A DNA stretch of 64,000 nt from Paraphysomonas bandaiensis. Lineage: Eukaryota; Protista; Chrysophyceae. This document shows, in pieces, positions 60,401 through 64,000 of this stretch; positions within the stretch are counted from its first letter, which is position 1; each line of letters starts with the position of its first letter. A program made the position numbers and the translations under genes. The notes beneath the pieces were generated by a model that saw only the letters and a program-made list of their open reading frames with translations, made no database searches and was not told the origin of the DNA. Location: contig CBFFRP010000475.1 of assembly GCA_965644295.1 (NCBI GenBank), positions 62,001 through 126,000 of the forward strand, given 5' to 3'.

Positions 60401-63400
60401 CACCTTCAATAGTTCATTGTTCTCCATCATCATCTACCCCTTCAATTGTTCATGGTTATCCCTCATCACCTACCCCTTCAATAGTTCATGGTTATCCCTC
60501 ATCATCTACACCTTCAATAGTTCATTGTTCTCCATCATCATCTACACCTTCAATAGTTCATGGTTCTACCTCATCATCTACCTCTTCAATGATTCCACCA
60601 TGTTTTCCATCGTCATCTACACCTTCAATAGTTCACGGTTCTCCCTCATCATCTACCCCTTCAATAGTTCATGGTTCTACCTCATCATCTACCCCTTCAA
60701 TTGTTCATGATTTTCCATCGTCATCCACCCCTTCAATGATTCCACCATGTTTTCCATCGTCATCTACACCTTCAATAGTTCATGGTTATCCCTCATCATC
60801 TACACCTTCAATAGTTCATGGTTCTACCTCATCATCTACACCTTCAATAGTTCATGGTTCTACCTCATCATCTACCCCTTCAATGATTCCACCATGTTCT
60901 CCATCATCATCTACACCTTCAATAGTTCATGGTTCTCCCTCATCATCTACCCCTTCAATAGTTCATGGTTCTACCTCATCATCTACCCCTTCAATTGTTC
61001 ATGATTCTCCATCGTCATCCACCCCTTCAATGATTCCACCATGTTTTCCATCGTCATCTACCCCTTCAATAGTTCACGGTTCTCCCTCATCATCTACCCC
61101 TTCAATAGTTCATGGTTCTACCTCATCATCTACCCCTTCAATTGTTCATGATTCTCCATCGTCATCCACCCATTCAATGATTCCACCATGTTTTCCATCG
61201 TCATCTACACCTTCTATAGTTCATGGTTCTCCATCATCATCTACCCCTTCAATAGTTCATGGTTCTACCTCATCATCTACCCCTTCAATTGTTCATGATT
61301 CTACATCGTCATCCACCCATTCAATGATTCCATCATGTAATCCATCGTCATCTACACCTTCAATAGTTCATTGTTCTCCATCATCATCTACCCCTTCAAT
61401 TGTTCATGGTTCTACCTCATCATCTACCCCTTCAATTGTTCATGATTCTCCATCGTCATCCACCCCTTCAATGATTCCACCATGTTTTCCATCGTCATCT
61501 ACACCTTCAATAGTTCACGGTTCTACCTCATCATCTACACCTTCAATAGTTCATGGTTCTACCTCATCATCTACCCCTTCAAAGATTTCCTCATGTTTTC
61601 CATCGTCATCTACACCTTCAATAGTTCACGGTTCTCCCTCATCATCTACCCCTTCAATAGTTCATGGTTCTACCTCATCATCATCTACCCCTTCAATTGT
61701 TCATGATTCTACCTCATCATCTACCCCTTCAATTGTTCATGATTCTCCATCGTCATCCACCCATTCAATGATTCCATCATGTAATCCATCATCTACACCT
61801 TCTATAGTTCATGGTTCTCCATCATCATCTACCCCTTCAATAGTTCATGGTTCTACCTCATCATCTACCCCTTCAATTGTTCATGATTCTCCATCGTCAT
61901 CCACCCATTCAATGATTCCACCATGTTTTCCATCGTCATCTACACCTTCAATAGTTCACGGTTCTACCTCATCATCTACACCTTCAATTGTTCATGGTTC
62001 TACCTCATCATCTACCCCTTCAATTGTTCATGATTCTCCATCGTCATCCACCCCTTCAATGATTCCACCATGTTTTCCATCGTCATCTACACCTTCAATA
62101 GTTCATGGTTCTACCTCATCATCTACACCTTCAATAGTTCATGGTTCTACCTCATCATCTACCCCTTCAAAGATTTCCTCATGTTTTCCATCGTCATCTA
62201 CACCTTCAATAGTTCACGGTTCTCCCTCATCATCTACCCCTTCAATAGTTCATGGTTCTACCTCATCATCATCTACCCCTTCAATTGTTCATGATTCTAC
62301 CTCATCATCTACCCCTTCAATTGTTCATGATTCTCCATCGTCATCCACCCATTCAATGATTCCATCATGTAATCCATCATCTACACCTTCTATAGTTCAT
62401 TGTTCTCCATCATCATCTACCCCTTCAATAGTTCATGGTTCTACCTCATCATCTACCCCTTCAATTGTTCATGATTCTCCATCGTCATCCACCCATTCAA
62501 TGATTCCATCATGTAATCCATCATCTACACCTTCTATAGTTCATTGTTCTCCATCATCATCTACCCCTTCAATAGTTCATGGTTCTACCTCATCATCTAC
62601 CCCTTCAATTGTTCATGATTCTCCATCGTCATCTACACCTTCAATAGTTCATGTTTCTCCATCATCGTCCAATCCTTCAAAGATTTCCTCATGTTCTCCA
62701 TCATCATCTACACCTTCAATAGTTCATGGTTCTCCATCATCATCTACCCAATCAATGATTCCATCATGTAATCCATCATCGTCCAACACTTCAAAGATTT
62801 CCTCATATTCTCCATCATCATCTACCCCTTCAATAGTTCATGGTTCTACCTCATCATCTACCCCTTCAATAGTTCATGGTTATCCCTCATCACCTACCCC
62901 TTCAATAGTTCATGGTTATCCCTCATCATCTACACCTTCAATAGTTCATTGTTCTCCATCATCATCTACACCTTCAATAGTTCATGTTTCTCCATCAGCG
63001 TCCAATCCTTCAAAGATTTCCTCATGTTCTCCATCATCATCTACACCTTCAATAGTTCATGGTTCTCCATCATCATCTACTCAATCAACGATTCCATTAT
63101 GTAATCCATCATCGTCCAACCCTTCAAAGATTTCCTCATGTTCTCCATCATCATCTACACCTTCAATAGTTCATGGTTATCCCTCATCACCTACCCCTTC
63201 AATAGTTCATGGTTATCCCTCATCATCTACACCTTCAATAGTTCATTGTTCTCCATCATCATCTACACCTTCAATAGTTCATGTTTCTCCATCATCGTCC
63301 AATCCTTCAAAGATTTCCTCATGTTCTCCATCATCATCTACACCTTCAATAGTTCATGGTTCTCCATCATCATCTACCCAATCAATGTTTCCATCATGTA

Positions 63401-64000
63401 ATCCATCATCGTCCAACCCTTCAAAGATTTCCTCATATTCTCCATCATCATCTACCCCTTCAATAGTTCATGTTTCTCCATCATCTACCCCTTCAATAGT
63501 TCATGTTTCTCCATCATCTACCCCTTCAATAGTTCATGGTTCTACCTCATCATCTACCCCTTCAATAGTTCATGGTTCTCCATCATCATCTGCCCAATCA
63601 ATGATTCCATCATGTAATCCATCATCGTCCAACCCTTCAAAGATTTCCTCATGTTCTCCATCATCATCTACACCTTCAATAGTTCATGGTTATCCCTCAT
63701 CATCTACCCCTTCAATAGTTCATGGTTATCCCTCATGTAATTCATCATCATCCAACCCTTCTATAGTTCCATCATCATCTATCCCTTCAATGGATCCATC
63801 ATGTTTTCCGTCATCATCTACCCCTTCAATGATTCCATCATGTAATCCATCATCATCCAACCCTTCAATGGGTCCATCATGTTCCCCGTCATCATCTACA
63901 CCTTCTATAGTTCCATCATGTTCTCCGTCATCGTCTATCCCTTCAATGATTCCAACATGCAATCCATCATCATCTTCCCCTTCTATGCTACCATCATCAT
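54376..64000 (+). CDS. Gene 4: secreted/surface protein with about 12 NHL repeats followed by a >2,300-aa Ser/Pro/Thr/His stalk; 3' incomplete
   Basis: Frame open from ATG 54376 (MRTHHCNTLIFIWMLSYTVL...) to the window end, hence missing from the track. A probable in-frame 57-nt intron (54437-54493) yields the signal peptide ...SYTVLVAWSLR. NHL units such as IAGSGVPGSFDGVGTAASFSYPIDI...ALVADYYSHRIRKV. Confidence 0.85.
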   Translation, partial: MRTHHCNTLIFIWMLSYTVLGNYIHNGIIISPDNCFYGSVAWSLRIDEKEWISDPSNIIKDRILLRNISSSNVNGGTESEPVYSVDTRRRMSSSIACDTLNISVKYSVTTIPNISDTVSIDVASTEEWMVASLSSSCRIIRVDIGTNKITNIAGSGVPGSFDGVGTAASFSYPIDIILYLNDSAALVADYYSHRIRKVVLSTQEVTTLAGSFSGYMDSTGIYAQFRTPNSLALTSDGRYVTITDCADNRIRKLDVHSAYVSTLAGSGASKVIDGIGTNAAFSCPGGIALSPADSYALISGHTVNRIRKIELSSLKVVTLAGSDCAGNRDGIGTMACFHSPWGISISPGGSIALVSDWATSVIRKIVLSTGEVTTIAGSPYHEGIKDGIGTNATLSSPSKIAWFADGSNAFIGNAGGSALRVISTLPTYYVETLAGSGVPGTGSGVGTAATFNSPIGVDLSHDGSFALVTDGHKIRKVNLTSIDVSTISGAISPGFNDDIGLEAEFYSPSGVAISSDDTYALIADKRNNRIRKLIMSTGMVSTLSGSGYFSSVDGIRTECSFYLPTGITISSDDHFALVTEPTLGKIRKVIISTGYTNSYVGIYHGNVDGVGTNARFNDPRFLVLSQRNDFALVADSGNHIIRMITISTGEVSTVAGTGSSGNTDGNFNQASFNFPTGLTISSDDSYALVVDNRNHRIRKLSLQGGFVTTLVGSGDPGWKDGVGVEVIFKFPASIVLSPDDSYAIITDVGNHRVRKLHMLSEPDCEDSFASSTMSPTFIPSMLPSVLLSSSPSDVPLSYFTIIPTCPTPTLYPSIVTNNTTLILNSLPPVVPSSTPSMIPPCFPSSSTPSIVHGSPSSSTPSIVHGSTSSSTPSIVHDSPSSSTPSMIPPCFPSSSTPSIVHGSPSSSTPSIVHGSTSSSTPSKISSCFPSSSTPSIVHGSPSSSTPSIVHGSTSSSTPSIVHDSPSSSTHSMIPSCNPSSTPSIVHGSTLSSIPSIVPGSTSSSTPSIVHGSPSSSTPSIVHCSPSSSTPSIVHGSPSSSTQSTIPSCNPSSSNPSKISSCSPSSSTPSIVHGYPSSPTPSIVHGYPSSSTPSIVHCSPSSSTPSIVHGSTSSSTSSMIPPCFPSSSTPSIVHGSPSSSTPSIVHGSPSSSTPSIVHGSTSSSTPSIVHDSPSSSTPSMIPPCFPSSSTPSIVHGSPSSSTPSIVHGSTSSSTPSKISSCFPSSSTPSIVHGSPSSSTPSIVHGSTSSSTPSIVHDSPSSSTHSMIPSCNPSSTPSIVHGSTLSSIPSIVPGSTSSSTPSIVHGSPSSSTPSIVHCSPSSSTPSIVHGSPSSSTQSTIPSCNPSSSNPSKISSCSPSSSTPSIVHGYPSSPTPSIVHGYPSSSTPSIVHCSPSSSTPSIVHGSTSSSTSSMIPPCFPSSSTPSIVHGSPSSSTPSIVHGSTSSSTPSIVHDFPSSSTPSMIPPCFPSSSTPSIVHGYPSSSTPSIVHGSTSSSTPSIVHGSTSSSTPSMIPPCSPSSSTPSIVHGSPSSSTPSIVHGSTSSSTPSIVHDSPSSSTPSMIPPCFPSSSTPSIVHGSPSSSTPSIVHGSTSSSTPSIVHDSPSSSTHSMIPPCFPSSSTPSIVHGSPSSSTPSIVHGSTSSSTPSIVHDSPSSSTHSMIPSCNPSSSTPSIVHGYPSSSTPSIVHGSTSSSTPSIVHGSTSSSTPSMIPPCSPSSSTPSIVHGSPSSSTPSIVHGSTSSSTPSIVHDSPSSSTPSMIPPCFPSSSTPSIVHGSPSSSTPSIVHGSTSSSTPSIVHDSPSSSTHSMIPPCFPSSSTPSIVHGSPSSSTPSIVHGSTSSSTPSIVHDSPSSSTHSMIPSCNPSSSTPSIVHCSPSSSTPSIVHGSTSSSTPSIVHDSPSSSTPSMIPPCFPSSSTPSIVHGSPSSSTPSIVHGSTSSSTPSIVHDSPSSSTHSMIPPCFPSSSTPSIVHGSPSSSTPSIVHGSTSSSTPSIVHDSPSSSTHSMIPSCNPSSSTPSIVHCSPSSSTPSIVHGYPSSPTPSIVHGYPSSSTPSIVHCSPSSSTPSIVHGSTSSSTSSMIPPCFPSSSTPSIVHGSPSSSTPSIVHGSTSSSTPSIVHDFPSSSTPSMIPPCFPSSSTPSIVHGYPSSSTPSIVHGSTSSSTPSIVHGSTSSSTPSMIPPCSPSSSTPSIVHGSPSSSTPSIVHGSTSSSTPSIVHDSPSSSTPSMIPPCFPSSSTPSIVHGSPSSSTPSIVHGSTSSSTPSIVHDSPSSSTHSMIPPCFPSSSTPSIVHGSPSSSTPSIVHGSTSSSTPSIVHDSTSSSTHSMIPSCNPSSSTPSIVHCSPSSSTPSIVHGSTSSSTPSIVHDSPSSSTPSMIPPCFPSSSTPSIVHGSTSSSTPSIVHGSTSSSTPSKISSCFPSSSTPSIVHGSPSSSTPSIVHGSTSSSSTPSIVHDSTSSSTPSIVHDSPSSSTHSMIPSCNPSSTPSIVHGSPSSSTPSIVHGSTSSSTPSIVHDSPSSSTHSMIPPCFPSSSTPSIVHGSTSSSTPSIVHGSTSSSTPSIVHDSPSSSTPSMIPPCFPSSSTPSIVHGSTSSSTPSIVHGSTSSSTPSKISSCFPSSSTPSIVHGSPSSSTPSIVHGSTSSSSTPSIVHDSTSSSTPSIVHDSPSSSTHSMIPSCNPSSTPSIVHCSPSSSTPSIVHGSTSSSTPSIVHDSPSSSTHSMIPSCNPSSTPSIVHCSPSSSTPSIVHGSTSSSTPSIVHDSPSSSTPSIVHVSPSSSNPSKISSCSPSSSTPSIVHGSPSSSTQSMIPSCNPSSSNTSKISSYSPSSSTPSIVHGSTSSSTPSIVHGYPSSPTPSIVHGYPSSSTPSIVHCSPSSSTPSIVHVSPSASNPSKISSCSPSSSTPSIVHGSPSSSTQSTIPLCNPSSSNPSKISSCSPSSSTPSIVHGYPSSPTPSIVHGYPSSSTPSIVHCSPSSSTPSIVHVSPSSSNPSKISSCSPSSSTPSIVHGSPSSSTQSMFPSCNPSSSNPSKISSYSPSSSTPSIVHVSPSSTPSIVHVSPSSTPSIVHGSTSSSTPSIVHGSPSSSAQSMIPSCNPSSSNPSKISSCSPSSSTPSIVHGYPSSSTPSIVHGYPSCNSSSSNPSIVPSSSIPSMDPSCFPSSSTPSMIPSCNPSSSNPSMGPSCSPSSSTPSIVPSCSPSSSIPSMIPTCNPSSSSPSMLPSS
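54800..56650 (+). other. NHL-repeat region (about 11-12 repeats, probably two beta-propellers) of gene 4
   Basis: Eleven T(L/I/V)AG.G...DG.GT.A.F..P.GI..S.D...ALV.D..N.RIRK units spaced about 165-170 bp apart, plus a partial first unit. Confidence 0.9.
56860..64000 (+). repeat. Coding 36-bp minisatellite (PSSSTPSIVHGS / PSSSTPSMIPPCF variants) with higher-order repeats
   Basis: Unit tcatcatctaccccttcaatagttcatggttctccc. Identical or near-identical shadow ORFs recur at offsets of 879 bp (57042/57921, 57555/58434), 1983 bp (58764/60747) and 588 bp (61482/62070). Confidence 0.95.

Noticed and set aside
56860-64000. 36-bp periodic array as a CRISPR array or non-coding satellite; MFSIVIYTFNSS ORFs as membrane peptides
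   Set aside because: Units are head-to-tail with no unique spacers, there are no cas genes, and the context is eukaryotic. The array is in frame with the NHL ORF, and the short ORFs are shadow frames.

Overview
Eukaryotic genomic DNA with short (about 50-100 nt) GT-AG introns. The gene content suggests a stramenopile or ochrophyte-type protist, but that is inference. The window is dominated by four giant cell-surface protein genes built from interchangeable modules. Three tandem minus-strand genes (2284-13909, 16259-26807, 29913-42309) share a near-identical base of about 2,500 aa: a REJ/polycystin-1-like ectodomain, an EGF-like Cys-rich region, a GPS-like motif and a multi-pass TM tail split by a 55-nt intron. 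They differ in their Pro/Ser/Thr mucin-like stalks and their N-termini (no head, no head, Kelch propeller). A fourth, plus-strand gene (54376 to >64000, absent from the ORF track because it has no stop in the window) reuses the promoter/leader of genes 1 and 2 but carries about 12 NHL repeats and a third stalk type (36-bp unit). Between the genes are a Ty1/copia gag-pol running off the left edge, copia remnants, 5'-truncated retroposon-like repeats, hAT-like ends, a small spliced coiled-coil gene, and an apparently complete Sola-type DNA transposon (47716-54040; 27-bp TIRs, TATG TSD, spliced transposase with a PHD-like finger). All alignments, splice models and domain calls were made by eye, and no database searches were run.
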